Shown piece after piece: positions 18,521-30,978 of a stretch of 32,000 bases of DNA. The notes under the pieces are model-generated. The model made no database searches, had not been told where the DNA came from, and saw only the letters and a program-made list of their open reading frames with translations. This DNA is from Mycolicibacterium smegmatis (GTDB taxonomy: Bacteria; Actinomycetota; Actinomycetes; Mycobacteriales; Mycobacteriaceae): assembly GCF_001457595.1 (NCBI RefSeq), contig NZ_LN831039.1, forward strand, positions 4,560,001 through 4,592,000, written 5' to 3'. Each line of letters opens with the position of its first letter. Within the stretch, counting starts at the first letter, position 1. Made by a program: the position numbers and the translations under genes.

Positions 18521-19563
18521 CGGCGCGGCCGCCCGTTCGAGGAACGACGCTGCGCCCGGTTGAGCATCGCGGGTTCCTCGTGACGCGCGTAGGCGTCGAC
18601 GATGTCGGACACCAGACGGTGGCGCACCACGTCGGCGCTGGTGAGCTCCGCGAAGTGGATGTCGTCGATGTTGTCGAGGATCTGCATGGCCGCACGCAGG
18701 CCCGAGGTGGCCCCGCCGGGCAGGTCCACCTGTGTGACGTCGCCCGTGACAACGATTTTCGAACCGAATCCCAGGCGCGTCAGGAACATCTTCATCTGCT
18801 CGGCAGTGGTGTTCTGGGCCTCGTCGAGGATGATGAACGCGTCGTTGAGGGTGCGGCCGCGCATGTACGCCAGCGGCGCGACCTCGATCACCCCGGCACT
18901 CATGAGCTTCGGGATGAGTTCGGTGTCCATCATGTCGTGCAGCGCGTCGTACAGCGGACGCAGGTACGGGTCGATCTTCTCGCTGAGCGTGCCGGGCAGG
19001 AAGCCGAGGCGCTCACCGGCTTCGACGGCCGGACGCGTCAGGATGATCCGGTTGACCTGCTTGGTCTGCAACGCGTTGACGGCCTTGGCCATCGCCAGGT
19101 AGGTCTTGCCGGTACCGGCGGGTCCGATGCCGAACACGATGGTGTGCGCGTCGATCGCATCGACGTAATGCTTCTGGTTGAGCGTCTTGGGCCGGATCGT
19201 CTTGCCGCGCCGCGACAGGATGTCCAGCGTCAGCACCTCGGCCGGGGACTCGTCGCCGGCGCCGGTGAGGATCGCCACGCTGTGGCGCACGGTTTCCGGT
19301 GTCACGGCCTGTCCGCTCGATGCCACGGCGACCAACTCGGCCACCACGCGCTCGGCGAGCGCCACGTCGGCGGGTTCACCGGAGAAGGTGACCTCGTTAC
19401 CGCGTACGTGCACGTCGGAGGTGAGAACTTTTTCGATGGCCCGAAGGTTCTCGTCAGCCGAGCCGAGCAGGCCCACGATGATGTCGGGCGGAACGGTGAT
19501 GCTGCTGCGGACAGATTCCTGTGCGGTGGCCGTCGAGTCAGCGTTCGTGTCGCGGGGCGTCAC
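18517..19563 (-). CDS. ybeZ: PhoH-like ATPase (YbeZ type)
   Basis: 348 aa: [26 protein letters not shown] (Walker A), [48 protein letters not shown]. Confidence 0.95.
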   Translation of the reverse strand: MTPRDTNADSTATAQESVRSSITVPPDIIVGLLGSADENLRAIEKVLTSDVHVRGNEVTFSGEPADVALAERVVAELVAVASSGQAVTPETVRHSVAILTGAGDESPAEVLTLDILSRRGKTIRPKTLNQKHYVDAIDAHTIVFGIGPAGTGKTYLAMAKAVNALQTKQVNRIILTRPAVEAGERLGFLPGTLSEKIDPYLRPLYDALHDMMDTELIPKLMSAGVIEVAPLAYMRGRTLNDAFIILDEAQNTTAEQMKMFLTRLGFGSKIVVTGDVTQVDLPGGATSGLRAAMQILDNIDDIHFAELTSADVVRHRLVSDIVDAYARHEEPAMLNRAQRRSSNGRPRR

Positions 19564-19677
19564 GTGGTGTTTCGTGCCTGCTTTCTGTGTTCTGTCGACG
19601 GCCGTGGTGACCGTGCTGCTGATCTGAGTTTACCGCTGGTCAAGGAGTCGGCCCAATGATTACGTCGGCCATACGCC

Positions 19678-19705
19678 GAGAGGCACCCCATCGGGGGTGC
19701 CTCTC
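19678..19705. terminator. Strong hairpin GAGAGGCACCCC-ATCG-GGGGTGCCTCTC, probable transcription terminator of the small exported gene
   Basis: 12-bp perfect stem with 4-nt loop, located downstream (minus sense) of 19724..19891. No T-tract, as is common in mycobacteria. Confidence 0.75.
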
Positions 19706-19723
19706 GCGCAGTTCAGTCTGTGG

Positions 19724-19891
19724 TCAGCGGCTCTGATGAACCGTGGTGTCCACCTGGGGCACGCTCACGTGCGGCCCGATCTGGTTGATCCAGGTGTGGT
19801 GGTCGACGCCCGCCTGCGCGGGGGCAGCCAAACCGAGGACCGCGGCGGCGAGGCCGGTGGCGACGATGCCTGCGAATCCGAACTTCTTCAT
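19724..19891 (-). CDS. Tiny exported protein (55 aa)
   Basis: MKKFGFAGIVATGLAAAVLGLAAPAQAGVDHHTWINQIGPHVSVPQVDTTVHQSR*, translated by hand and missing from the ORF track. Clear signal peptide with an APAQA cleavage motif. Confidence 0.85.
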   Translation of the reverse strand: MKKFGFAGIVATGLAAAVLGLAAPAQAGVDHHTWINQIGPHVSVPQVDTTVHQSR

Positions 19892-20004
19892 CGATCTCAA
19901 CTTCTCTCGTATCTGTCTCTGCTTTTTTCGAACCGTTACAGTTAAGTGAACCTGCAGGTGGCGGCATTAATTTCGCCGTAGGGCCGAATGTGGCAGGAAG
20001 CACA

Positions 20005-21426
<1,422 letters not shown>

Positions 21427-21495
21427 GGCGGGTCACCGCGACGTGTTCGCGATGTTTCGGCGGCGAAACGCGCGAAATATATTCGCGTTCGGCCG

Positions 21496-22236
21496 CTAGA
21501 TGTTCCAGCGCGACGTCAACGCGCCGAGAGCGCCCAGTGCCACCGCAGCGGCCGTCGAGGTGCGCAGCACCGTGGGGCCCAGACGCACGGCGTGTGCGCC
21601 AGCATCGGTCAGCGCGGCGATCTCGTCGTCGGCGATGCCACCTTCCGGGCCGATGATCAGGATCACCGAATCGGATTGGGCGACAGGTATTTCGGCGAAC
21701 GGCGCGGTGGCCGATTCGTGGAGTGCGAGCACCACAGAATCGGTGGACGCGATGCGGCGCAACAGATCCCGCGTCGACTCGACACCCGTGACGGTAGGGA
21801 TGTACGCGCGGCGGGACTGGCGGGCCGCCGAGCGGGCGACCGCACTCCAGCGGCGCAGACCCTTGTCGGCCTTGGGTCCGTCCCAGCGGGCCACGCACCG
21901 CGCGGACTGCCAGGCCACGAAGGCGTCGGCACCGGCCTCGGTGGCCAGTTCGATGGCGAGTTCGGAGCGATCCGATTTGGGCAGCGCCTGCACGACCGTC
22001 ACCGACGGGCGTGCGGGCGGGAGCGTCACCTGTTCGGTGATGCGTGCGGAGACACTGCCTTTCGCGGTGTTCTCGACGACGCAGTGCGCGAGCGTGCCCG
22101 CCCCGTCGCTGAGGTCGATGCGCTCGCCGACGCGAATGCGGCGCACATTGGCGGCGTGATGGCCCTCGTCGCCGTCGACGACGGCCAATTCCCCCGCACC
22201 GGGCAGCACGTCGACGTAGAACAGCGCCGCGCTCAT
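21496..22236 (-). CDS. rsmE: 16S rRNA (uracil1498-N3)-methyltransferase RsmE
   Basis: [47 protein letters not shown]...[45 protein letters not shown]. Start at 22236, not 22449. Confidence 0.93.
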   Translation of the reverse strand: MSAALFYVDVLPGAGELAVVDGDEGHHAANVRRIRVGERIDLSDGAGTLAHCVVENTAKGSVSARITEQVTLPPARPSVTVVQALPKSDRSELAIELATEAGADAFVAWQSARCVARWDGPKADKGLRRWSAVARSAARQSRRAYIPTVTGVESTRDLLRRIASTDSVVLALHESATAPFAEIPVAQSDSVILIIGPEGGIADDEIAALTDAGAHAVRLGPTVLRTSTAAAVALGALGALTSRWNI

Positions 22237-22255
22237 GGTGTGGCGCCCACGTCCG

Positions 22256-23401
22256 TCAGCGACCGGTGAACGTCTCGCGCAGGCGGCTGAACAGGCCACC
22301 GCCGGAACCGGCGGAGCCCTGTGCCGTGCGCACCGAGGCGGTGTCGCGCGTGCGGTTCTCCTTGAACTTGCGCAGCAACTCGATGTCGGAGTTCTCCAGG
22401 CGTGTGGGCACCACGACGTCGATGTGGGCGTGCAGGTCACCACGAACACCCGAACGCAGATGCGGCATGCCGTGCCCGCGCAGCGTCGTCACGGAACCGG
22501 GCTGGGTGCCCGGCGGGATGGTCAGTTCGGTCGGCCCGTCGAGGATCGCGTCGACGGTGACCGTGCAGCCCAGCGCCGCGTCGACCATGGGCACCGAGAT
22601 CGTGCAGTGCAGATCGTCACCGTCGCGCACGAACACGTCGTGAGGCTTCTCGTGCACCTCGACGTACAGGTCGCCCGCGGGGCCGCCGCCGGGTCCGACC
22701 TCGCCCTGGGCGGCGAGCCGAACCCGCATGCCGTCGCCCACGCCCGCTGGGATCTTGACGCTGATGTCGCGGCGGGCGCGCACGCGGCCGTCGCCGCCGC
22801 AGCGGTGACACGGATCGGGGATCACCTCGCCGACGCCGCCGCAGACCGGACACGGCCGCGACGTCATCACCTGGCCGAGCAGCGACCGTTGCACGGTCTG
22901 GATCTCACCGCGGCCGCCGCACGTGTCGCAGGTGGCAGGCGACGAGTTGCCGTTGGTGCCCTTGCCGTGGCACAGATCGCACAGCACGGCCGTCTCGACG
23001 GTGACCTCCTTGGTCACGCCGGTGGCGCACTCTTCGAGGTCCAGGCGCATCCGCAGCAGTGAGTCCGAGCCCGGCCGGACGCGGCCGATCGGGCCGCGCG
23101 ACGTGGTGCCGCCACCGAAGAACGCCTCGAACACGTCACCGAGACCGCCGAACCCGCCGAAGCCGTTGGGCGCTCCGCCGACCGACTCCATCGGGTCGCC
23201 GCCCATGTCGACGATCCGGCGCTTCTCCGGATCGGACAGGACCTCGTATGCCTGTTGGATCTCGGTGAACCTGTGCTGGGCCTCCTCGTCGGGGTTGACG
23301 TCGGGGTGCAGCTCACGTGCCAAACGCCGGTAGGCGCGTTTGATCTCCGAATCGCTCGCACCCTTGCTCACTCCGAGCAGGCCGTAGTAATCACGTGCCA
23401 C
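22256..23401 (-). CDS. dnaJ2: Chaperone DnaJ (DnaJ2 paralogue)
   Basis: J domain with HPD ([31 protein letters not shown]), G/F region and four CXXCXGXG zinc-finger repeats. Confidence 0.95.
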   Translation of the reverse strand: MARDYYGLLGVSKGASDSEIKRAYRRLARELHPDVNPDEEAQHRFTEIQQAYEVLSDPEKRRIVDMGGDPMESVGGAPNGFGGFGGLGDVFEAFFGGGTTSRGPIGRVRPGSDSLLRMRLDLEECATGVTKEVTVETAVLCDLCHGKGTNGNSSPATCDTCGGRGEIQTVQRSLLGQVMTSRPCPVCGGVGEVIPDPCHRCGGDGRVRARRDISVKIPAGVGDGMRVRLAAQGEVGPGGGPAGDLYVEVHEKPHDVFVRDGDDLHCTISVPMVDAALGCTVTVDAILDGPTELTIPPGTQPGSVTTLRGHGMPHLRSGVRGDLHAHIDVVVPTRLENSDIELLRKFKENRTRDTASVRTAQGSAGSGGGLFSRLRETFTGR

Positions 23402-23465
23402 GCTGTCTTGCCTGACCTTTCTGTGCCGGGTTCTCCGGCTGCATCAAAGACTGTTTACCGACTGC

Positions 23466-24497
23466 CTAACGACTGCCGAGGACTTCGCCGATGTAGAGGG
23501 CGACCGCCGCGACGTTGGCGATGGTTCCGGGATAGTCCATCCGGGTCGGACCGACCACACCCATGCCGCCGTACACCTTGCCCGAACTGCCGTACGCGGT
23601 GCTCACCACCGACGCCCCGGCCATCTGCTCGGCCTCGGTCTCGTGACCGATCCGCACGGTCACCTTGCCTGCCTCCTGTTGGGCGGCCAACAGGCGCAGC
23701 ACCACGACCTGCTCCTCCAGCGCTTCGAGCACCGACCGCAGCGATCCGCCGAAGTCGGCGGTGTTACGGGTGAGGTTGGCGGTGCCGCCGAGCAGCAACC
23801 GTTCCTCGGTGTGCTCGACGAGGGTTTCCACGAGCACCGTCGCGGCGCGTCCCACGGCATCCCCCAGACGGTCGCTGCCGTTGAGGTGGCTCGCGAGATC
23901 CGACACCGCGATCGAGGCCTGCGCGAGCGGTTTGCCCTCCATGGCCTGACCGAGCATGTCACGCAGCTTGGACAGTTCGTGTTCGTCGATCGCGTCGCCG
24001 AGTTCGACGATCCGCTGGTCCACGCGCCCGGTGTCGGTGATCACCACCAGCAGCAGGCGGGCCGGGGTCAGCGCCACCACCTCGAGGTGGCGCACCGACG
24101 AGGTCGACAACGTCGGATACTGCACGATGGCGACCTGACGCGTCAGCTGCGCGAGCAGGCGTACCGCACGGCGCAGGACGTCATCGAGGTCGACCCCCGA
24201 TTCCAGGAAGTTCAGGATCGCGCGACGCTCCGACGACGACAGCGGCTTGACGTTGTCGATGCGGTCGACGAACTCGCGGTACCCCTTCTCGGTGGGGACC
24301 CGACCCGAGCTGGTGTGCGGCTGCGTGATGTAGCCCTCGGCCTCCAGAACCGCCATGTCGTTGCGCACGGTGGCACTGGAAACTCCCAGGTTGTGCCGCT
24401 CGACGAGCGTCTTCGACCCGATGGGTTCCTTGGTCGCGACGAAGTCGGCGACGATTGCACGCAGTACCTCGAAACGACGATCGTCGGCACTACCCAC
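23466..24497 (-). CDS. hrcA: Heat-inducible transcription repressor HrcA
   Basis: 343 aa: [72 protein letters not shown]. Confidence 0.96.
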   Translation of the reverse strand: MGSADDRRFEVLRAIVADFVATKEPIGSKTLVERHNLGVSSATVRNDMAVLEAEGYITQPHTSSGRVPTEKGYREFVDRIDNVKPLSSSERRAILNFLESGVDLDDVLRRAVRLLAQLTRQVAIVQYPTLSTSSVRHLEVVALTPARLLLVVITDTGRVDQRIVELGDAIDEHELSKLRDMLGQAMEGKPLAQASIAVSDLASHLNGSDRLGDAVGRAATVLVETLVEHTEERLLLGGTANLTRNTADFGGSLRSVLEALEEQVVVLRLLAAQQEAGKVTVRIGHETEAEQMAGASVVSTAYGSSGKVYGGMGVVGPTRMDYPGTIANVAAVALYIGEVLGSR

Positions 24498-24690
24498 ACC
24501 ATCACCTGCCCTTCGTAGCTGCGATTCCCCTATTTTACGGGTCCGGAGCAGGTCCTTTGCCGACCGAGTGTTCCGCGCCGTGAGCAGGTGAAAGCAACCG
24601 GTGGAAAATTCGCCGATCGGTACTAGCCTTTACACCCATGCCGCCGATGCCGAACCCGTGCAGCACGGGTGTCTCGCAGGTGCGCCAGCG

Positions 24691-25005
24691 ATGATCTTCA
24701 AAGGCGTCCTTGAGGGCAAACCGTATCCGGAGCACGGCCTGACCTATCGGGACTGGTCTCGCATCCCGCCCCGGCAGCTGCGCCTCGACGAGCTGGTGAC
24801 CACCACGACCGTGCTCGCGCTCGACCGCCTGCTGTCGGAGGACTCCACGTTCTACGGCGACCTGTTCCCCCACGCCGTGCGGTGGCGCGGCGACATCTAC
24901 CTGGAGGACGGGCTGCACCGCGCGGTGCGCGCAGCGCTGCGTAACCGCACGATCCTGCACGCCCGCCTGTTCGACATGGACGCGCTGGCGCCGCAGGAGG
25001 CCTGA
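24691..25005 (+). CDS. Conserved hypothetical protein with ParB-nuclease-like DGLHRAVRAAL motif
   Basis: 104 aa from ATG 24691: MIFKGVLEGKPYPEHGLTYRDWSRIPPRQLRLDELVTTTTVLALDRLLSEDSTFYGDLFPHAVRWRGDIYLEDGLHRAVRAALRNRTILHARLFDMD. Confidence 0.75.
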   Translation: MIFKGVLEGKPYPEHGLTYRDWSRIPPRQLRLDELVTTTTVLALDRLLSEDSTFYGDLFPHAVRWRGDIYLEDGLHRAVRAALRNRTILHARLFDMDALAPQEA

Positions 25006-25011
25006 ACGGGC

Positions 25012-25221
25012 CTATCGAACGGCCTCGCGCAGCGTCCTCGGCCGCAGGTCGGTCCAGTTCGCCTCGACGTAATCCAGGCACTCGGCGCGGGTGCCCGCAC
25101 CGAACACCACACGCCAGCCCGTGGGCACATCGGCGAACGCCGGCCACAGGCTGTGCTGGTCCTCGTCGTTCACCAGCACGTAGAAGGTGCCGTTGTCGTC
25201 ATCGAACGGATTGGTGCTCAT
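25012..25221 (-). CDS. mbtH: MbtH-like protein of the mycobactin cluster
   Basis: 69 aa: [65 protein letters not shown], the MbtH family signature. Confidence 0.96.
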   Translation of the reverse strand: MSTNPFDDDNGTFYVLVNDEDQHSLWPAFADVPTGWRVVFGAGTRAECLDYVEANWTDLRPRTLREAVR

Positions 25222-26530
25222 CGGTTCTCCTGATCGTTCGGTCGGTGGTCACGGACATCTCGGCGCCGAGCACCCGGTCGGACAGCAACCCGAGGCAGCT
25301 GAGGTTGGGAAATCCTGGTCCCTGGTTGAGGCCGGCCAGGCCGGGCAGGAACAGCTTGGGCGTCACGCCGGTGACCGCGAGGTCGTAGCCGATGGACTCC
25401 TGCAGGGTGTCGCCGGTCAGTGGGCGCCCCAGCCCCAGTTCGAGCTTGTCGAGCGCGTCCTGCGCCAGCAACGGCACGAACCACAGCGCGTCGGCACCGG
25501 AGCCGTCGATCACCAGGTCGAAGCCGTGCACGGTCTCCAGACGCTCGCTGCCGGAGTTGGTCTGCAGGGTCAGTCGGATCTTCTCGTCCCGGGCCACCGC
25601 GTGCGCGACGCGGCCGCGCAGGTGGCGGATGCGGTCGTCGGCGAGCAGCGACTCCTGGACGCGCGCCGAGAACACCCCGCGGTCGGTGCGGTTCATGGCG
25701 TCTCGTCGCTCGTCGAGCGTGAGTCCGGCCCAGTGCGTGGGGTCGGAGTACAGCGTGTTCTCGAAGAAACTCTCACCGCGCGTGAACAACGTGACCTGCG
25801 GAGAGATCACGGTGATCGCCGAAACCCGGTGGCGGAAAAGCTCGTTGAGCATCGTCGCGGCGGTCTCGCCGCCGCCGATCACCGCGACCCGCTCGGCGGA
25901 GATCAGCTCGTTGGCCGCCGCGCGGTGCCAGAACTGCGCGATGGACAACACACGCGGGTTGCCGGGAAGGATCGACCTCTCGGCCTGGCCGGGCCCGGTG
26001 ATCATCACGGCGTCGGCGGCCACGGTGTCCTCGTGGGTGTGCAACGTCCACGAGTTCTGGTCATCCCCGAGACCGATCCTGGTCACCTCGCCGGTGATCA
26101 GCGACATGCCGATGTTGTCGGCCACCCAGTTCAGGTACTGGCTCCACCGCCGATGAGTGGGTGCGGGCCTGCCGCGGTCGATCCACTCGGCGAACTGGCC
26201 GATGTCGACGAGATAGGACTGCCAGCTGTGCCGCATCATCCGTTCGTCGAGTTCGGCGTTGCGCCGTGGCACCAGCGACGAGCGGTACGGGAAGCCGACG
26301 TCCTTCTCGGGGCTCGTGCCGAGCCGGTGCTGCCCGTCGGTCCATCCGCCGACGGCCTGCCAGTTGGCGGCCACGCCCGCACGGTCGATGACGACGACCT
26401 CGGGCGCGGCGGCGCCCATCGCCCGCAGTTCAGCGGCCTTGGCTGCCACCGCGATTCCCTTGGGGCCCGCACCGATGACCGCCAGCCGTGGGGTCGTCTC
26501 GCTCACTCTCTCGCTCACCGTCTCGCTCAC
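25199..26530 (-). CDS. mbtG: L-lysine N6-monooxygenase (mycobactin biosynthesis)
   Basis: [27 protein letters not shown] (FAD binding), [17 protein letters not shown] (NADPH binding). GTG start at 26530 overlaps the mbtF stop. Confidence 0.92.
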   Translation of the reverse strand: MSETVSERVSETTPRLAVIGAGPKGIAVAAKAAELRAMGAAAPEVVVIDRAGVAANWQAVGGWTDGQHRLGTSPEKDVGFPYRSSLVPRRNAELDERMMRHSWQSYLVDIGQFAEWIDRGRPAPTHRRWSQYLNWVADNIGMSLITGEVTRIGLGDDQNSWTLHTHEDTVAADAVMITGPGQAERSILPGNPRVLSIAQFWHRAAANELISAERVAVIGGGETAATMLNELFRHRVSAITVISPQVTLFTRGESFFENTLYSDPTHWAGLTLDERRDAMNRTDRGVFSARVQESLLADDRIRHLRGRVAHAVARDEKIRLTLQTNSGSERLETVHGFDLVIDGSGADALWFVPLLAQDALDKLELGLGRPLTGDTLQESIGYDLAVTGVTPKLFLPGLAGLNQGPGFPNLSCLGLLSDRVLGAEMSVTTDRTIRRTDEHQSVR

Positions 26531-29500
26531 TCGACCACCTCTCGCAACGCATCGAGCCACATGGTCTGCAATGTGCCAACTTCGGCGGCCGACAGGATGT
26601 CCGGCAGGGTCCGCCACTGTGCGCCCAGCACGGCCGATCCGTCCCGGTCGATCACCGCGGCCATGATCGTCAGTTCGTGGCGCACAGCGACATCCGGTTC
26701 GGGTATCGGCGTGACACCGGACAACAGTGACCGGTCCTGCAGCAGGGCATGATCGGCCGAATCCAGTTCGATACGGCCCAGGTAGTTCAGCAGCAACTGC
26801 GGGTCACGGTGCACACCAAGGCTTTCTGCGGTGTCCTCGCGCAGGTGGCGCAGCAGCCCGTAGTCGATCGGGTCGCCGGGGATGGCGGCGACCAGTTCGG
26901 CCACACCGCGCGCGTCGCCGGCGGTCACCCGCAGCGGGTAGATCATGCTGAGCAACCCGGCGGTGTCACCGGTGTCCACCTGGTGGGGGTCCTCCCCCAG
27001 ATCGGCCGACACCACGGCGTCGGCCCGGCCGTGGGTTTCCAGCGCCAAGAGCGGCGCGGGTGTCGGCTGTCCGCGTTCGCGTCGCCACGCGGTGACGGTC
27101 CGCGCCGTCGCCGCGGCGAGCACCTCGGTCACCGGGACCCCTCCGGTGAGCAATCGGGCCGTGAGATCCGCGTCGGCGAAGGTCATCTCGACCGCGATGT
27201 CGCGCATCCGGTCGGTTGCCGGATCGACGCGCCTGGCGCCGATGTCGGGATCGGCACCGTCGAACTGGCGGTGCCAGAAGTCGACGGTGTCGAGTTTCAG
27301 CGCACGCTCGGACAGCATGCGTGACCACCGCCGCAGCGACGTGTGCTCGCGCACCGGCGTCGGCTCCCGGCCGGATGCCAGTGCGTGCCAGGCGGTCTCG
27401 AGCTCGCCGACGACGATGCGCCACGACGCCGGGTCGAGCGCGAGCACATGGGCGGTGAGGATGAGCACACCGCCGGGCGCGTCGGGGTGACGCAGCCACA
27501 CCGCGTCGAGCATCGAACCCTGCTGCGGGTCGATGCGGTCCACCGACAGCGCGGCCTGCTCGGCCACGGCGTCGGCCAGGGTTCCCACCCCGACCGCCTC
27601 GGTGAGCACGTCACGAGGCCCGTGCGGCACCAGGGTGCGGGTGACCCGGTCGAGCCGGGTTCGCAGCACCTCGTGCCCGTCGACGACGGTACGAAGCAGG
27701 GTCCGCAACTGCGCGGCCGTGGTGCCCTCGGGCAGCCGGAACGCCTCGGTCTGCGCCAGCCGTCGCGGTTCGCCGTACTGGTAGAGCCAGCTTCCGTTCG
27801 GCAGCAACGGGATCGGGCCGGAATCCTCAGGAGTGTGGTCGACGGCAGCGTGGTGGGCGTCGGCGTCGATCGCCGCGGCGAGCTCACGCACGTTGGCGCA
27901 CTCCAGCATGAGCCGGGCCCGCAGCGCCAGACCGCGCCTGCGCACGGCCTGCACAACCGTCAGCGCAACGATGCTGTCCAGCCCCAGATCGAGGAACTCC
28001 GCGGTGACGTCGACCGCACGTGTGTCCAGCACCTCGGCCAGCACCTCGGCGACAACCCTCTCGGTATCGGTCGCCGGCCCTTGGAAACCACCGGACTGCC
28101 GCCCCGAGTCGAGCGCGGCCAGCCTGGCGTCGTCGACCTTGCCGTTGGTGGTCAGCGGGATCTCGTCGACGAGCAGGATGTGATGCGGCACCAGATATCT
28201 CGGCAACGTCGCGGCGAGCATGCGGCGCAGCTCCCCGGCCGCGTCCGCCAAGGAGGCATCGGTGACGACGTAGGCCACCAGGCGCGGCCCGCTGCGGTGG
28301 CGGCGCAGCGCGACGTGCGCGTGACGCACCTGTGGGTGCCGGTGCAGCGCCGCGGCGACCTCGCCGGGTTCGACGCGGAAACCGCGGATCTTGACCTGAT
28401 CGTCGCTGCGGCCCAGGAACTGCAGGGCCCCGTCGGGTGTCCGGCGCACCACGTCACCGGTGCGGTACATGCGCGCGCCCAGGGTGAACGGGTCGGCCAC
28501 GAACCGGGCCGCGGTCTCCCCTGGCCTGCCCACGTAGCCGCGCGTGAGCTGCCCACCGGCGAGGTACAACTCGCCGGCCACCCCGGCGGGCACCGGGCGC
28601 AGCCAGCTGTCGAGCACATAGGCGGCAGTCGGGTCGGTGGGTTTGCCGATGCACGGGTCGCGGTGGTCGGCGATCGCGGCGACCACGGCCTCCACGGTGG
28701 CCTCGGTGGGGCCGTAACAGTTGTGCGCCGACATCCAGGTGCGTTCGCACTCGGCCTGGATCGCCTGCCACAGCGCGGTGTCGATGGCCTCGCCGCCGAG
28801 TGCCAGCACCGCCAGCGGCACGGTGCTGAGCAGTCCGGCCGCGCGCAGTTGCGTGAACATCGACGGTGTCGTGTCGATCATGTCGATCCCGTGGCGCCCG
28901 ATGGTCTCCACGAGCGCCTCGGCGTCGCGCTGCACGTCGTCACCTACGATGTGGTTGGCGTGGCCGTCGAGCAACGCCACCAGCGGTTGCCACGCCGCGT
29001 CGAAGGTGAACGACCACGCGTGCGCGACACGCAGCGGATGCCCCACACGCTGCGCCGCGGGGCGCAACACGTTGCGGGCGTGATCGGCCGCGTACGCCAG
29101 CAGCGCCTGATGGGTTCCGATGACGCCCTTGGGCTTTCCGGTGGTCCCGGACGTGAAGACGATGTAGGCGCCCTGTCCGGGGTGCACGTGCGCGGGCCGG
29201 TAGTCGGCGGGCAGTTCGGCGTCCGCCGCGCGCACGGCGGACACGAACGCCTCGTCGACGATGATCGGTCGTTGCCCGTCGGGGTGGGTCTGGCGGAGGA
29301 TCTCGCCGACCCGTTCCCCGGGCATCGCCGGGTCCAGCGGCACGATCAGGCCGCCGGCCTTGAGCACGCCGAGCATCGCCACCACGTACTCGGGCCCGCG
29401 CGGCAGTCGTATCGGTACCGGGGTCTCCGTCGCCACGCCGCGCCGGCGCAGTTCGGCCGCGACACGGTCGGCCGCCTCGTCGAGCTGCCGGTAGGTGAGT

Positions 29501-30978
29501 TCCCCACCGTCCCAGGTCAGCGCGATCGACCCGAGTCGCTGCGCGGCCGTCTCGGTGAAGGCGGTGTGGAAACCACCGGTGCGGACGGTCGTGTCGGCGC
29601 GAGTCGCGGTAAATGTCCCGGGGGCATCTTCGTCGTCGAGGGTGACCGCGACGTCGCGCAGCGGCCGGTCCCACGACCGCAAGAGGCGCTGCACGACGGT
29701 GAGCACGCGGCGCCCCAGAGTGTGCGGGTCGAGCATTCCCAGTGCGCCGTCGAGTGTTTCGACGAGCACCGTGAGTCTGCCGTGGGTGGGGTGCGCGGCG
29801 ATGGTGACCGGAAAGTGCGACAGGCTCTCCAGCGCCGAGGGGCGCAACACGGCCCCGCCACCATCCGACCCGAGCGGGAACTCGTCGCTGCCCACCAGTC
29901 CGCCGGGTGGGAAGTTCTCGTACACCAGCAGCGTGTCGAACAGTTCACCGATACCGCCGAGCGCTCGGATCTCGGTGTGGCTGAGGTAGCTGTGGTCGCG
30001 CAGATCGGCGGCCTCGCGCTGCACCGCGAGGCACTGCCGGCCCACGGATCGCGCCGGATCGAGCCGGATGCGCAGCGGAACGGTGTTGATGAACAGGCCG
30101 ACCATGGACTCGACACCGGACAGTTCGTCGGGACGGCCCGACACGGTCACGCCGTACACCACGTCGGTGCGGTCGGTAAACGCCGAGAGGATTGCCGCCC
30201 AGGCCATCTGGAACAGCGTGTTGACCGTGACACCCCGCGCGCGTGCGCCGTCGAAGATCTCCGCGGACGCCTGCTCGTCCAGCGTGACCTCGGTGCGTGC
30301 GGGCAGTCCCGGTTCGGCCTCGCGGCCCGACAGCGCGGGCGACAGCAGTGTCGGGCCGTCCAGCCCGTCGAGGTGGGCGCGCCACCTCGCGCGGCTGGCG
30401 TCGTGATCGCGCCCGGCGAGCCAGCCGATGTAATCACGGTATGGACGCGGCGCCGCGGGGAACACCGCGGTGTCGCCGTCGGCCGCGTACAGCGTGATGT
30501 ACTCGCCCACGAACACGGGCAACGACCAGCCGTCGATCGCGATGTGGTGAGCCGTGACCACCAGACGCCAACGCTGCGCGGGCATCTCGATGAGCAGGAA
30601 CCGGATGAGCGGTCCACGCCCGAGATCGAAACGGCGCGTGCGCTCCTCGGCCTCGATGGCAGCGGCGGCCTCGGCCGTGGGCGCGGTGACGTGCCGCCAC
30701 GGGAGATCGACGGCCGTCGGCACCACCGCGACCGGGCGGGTCAGGTTGCCCTGGAAGAAACTCGCCCGCAGGTTGGGGTGGCGCACCAGCATCGCCTCGG
30801 CGCACGACCGCAGCAGCGCCGGATCGACGGCACCCTCGATGTCAGCCGCCATCGCGATGACGTACGGGTCGGCACCCGTGTCCTCCTCGGTGAGCCCGGC
30901 CAGCGAGTACAGGCCCTGCTGCAGCGGGCTCAGCGCCAGGACGTCCTCGATGCCCGGCGGGGTTCCGGTGGCGGTCAT
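26527..30978 (-). CDS. mbtF: Non-ribosomal peptide synthetase MbtF: C-A-PCP plus terminal E/C-like domain
   Basis: C motif [10 protein letters not shown]; A motifs [52 protein letters not shown] and NGKVDDARL; [15 protein letters not shown]; terminal domain 26530-27831. Gene order mbtF-mbtG-mbtH. Start MTATGT at 30978. Confidence 0.93.
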   Translation of the reverse strand: MTATGTPPGIEDVLALSPLQQGLYSLAGLTEEDTGADPYVIAMAADIEGAVDPALLRSCAEAMLVRHPNLRASFFQGNLTRPVAVVPTAVDLPWRHVTAPTAEAAAAIEAEERTRRFDLGRGPLIRFLLIEMPAQRWRLVVTAHHIAIDGWSLPVFVGEYITLYAADGDTAVFPAAPRPYRDYIGWLAGRDHDASRARWRAHLDGLDGPTLLSPALSGREAEPGLPARTEVTLDEQASAEIFDGARARGVTVNTLFQMAWAAILSAFTDRTDVVYGVTVSGRPDELSGVESMVGLFINTVPLRIRLDPARSVGRQCLAVQREAADLRDHSYLSHTEIRALGGIGELFDTLLVYENFPPGGLVGSDEFPLGSDGGGAVLRPSALESLSHFPVTIAAHPTHGRLTVLVETLDGALGMLDPHTLGRRVLTVVQRLLRSWDRPLRDVAVTLDDEDAPGTFTATRADTTVRTGGFHTAFTETAAQRLGSIALTWDGGELTYRQLDEAADRVAAELRRRGVATETPVPIRLPRGPEYVVAMLGVLKAGGLIVPLDPAMPGERVGEILRQTHPDGQRPIIVDEAFVSAVRAADAELPADYRPAHVHPGQGAYIVFTSGTTGKPKGVIGTHQALLAYAADHARNVLRPAAQRVGHPLRVAHAWSFTFDAAWQPLVALLDGHANHIVGDDVQRDAEALVETIGRHGIDMIDTTPSMFTQLRAAGLLSTVPLAVLALGGEAIDTALWQAIQAECERTWMSAHNCYGPTEATVEAVVAAIADHRDPCIGKPTDPTAAYVLDSWLRPVPAGVAGELYLAGGQLTRGYVGRPGETAARFVADPFTLGARMYRTGDVVRRTPDGALQFLGRSDDQVKIRGFRVEPGEVAAALHRHPQVRHAHVALRRHRSGPRLVAYVVTDASLADAAGELRRMLAATLPRYLVPHHILLVDEIPLTTNGKVDDARLAALDSGRQSGGFQGPATDTERVVAEVLAEVLDTRAVDVTAEFLDLGLDSIVALTVVQAVRRRGLALRARLMLECANVRELAAAIDADAHHAAVDHTPEDSGPIPLLPNGSWLYQYGEPRRLAQTEAFRLPEGTTAAQLRTLLRTVVDGHEVLRTRLDRVTRTLVPHGPRDVLTEAVGVGTLADAVAEQAALSVDRIDPQQGSMLDAVWLRHPDAPGGVLILTAHVLALDPASWRIVVGELETAWHALASGREPTPVREHTSLRRWSRMLSERALKLDTVDFWHRQFDGADPDIGARRVDPATDRMRDIAVEMTFADADLTARLLTGGVPVTEVLAAATARTVTAWRRERGQPTPAPLLALETHGRADAVVSADLGEDPHQVDTGDTAGLLSMIYPLRVTAGDARGVAELVAAIPGDPIDYGLLRHLREDTAESLGVHRDPQLLLNYLGRIELDSADHALLQDRSLLSGVTPIPEPDVAVRHELTIMAAVIDRDGSAVLGAQWRTLPDILSAAEVGTLQTMWLDALREVVE

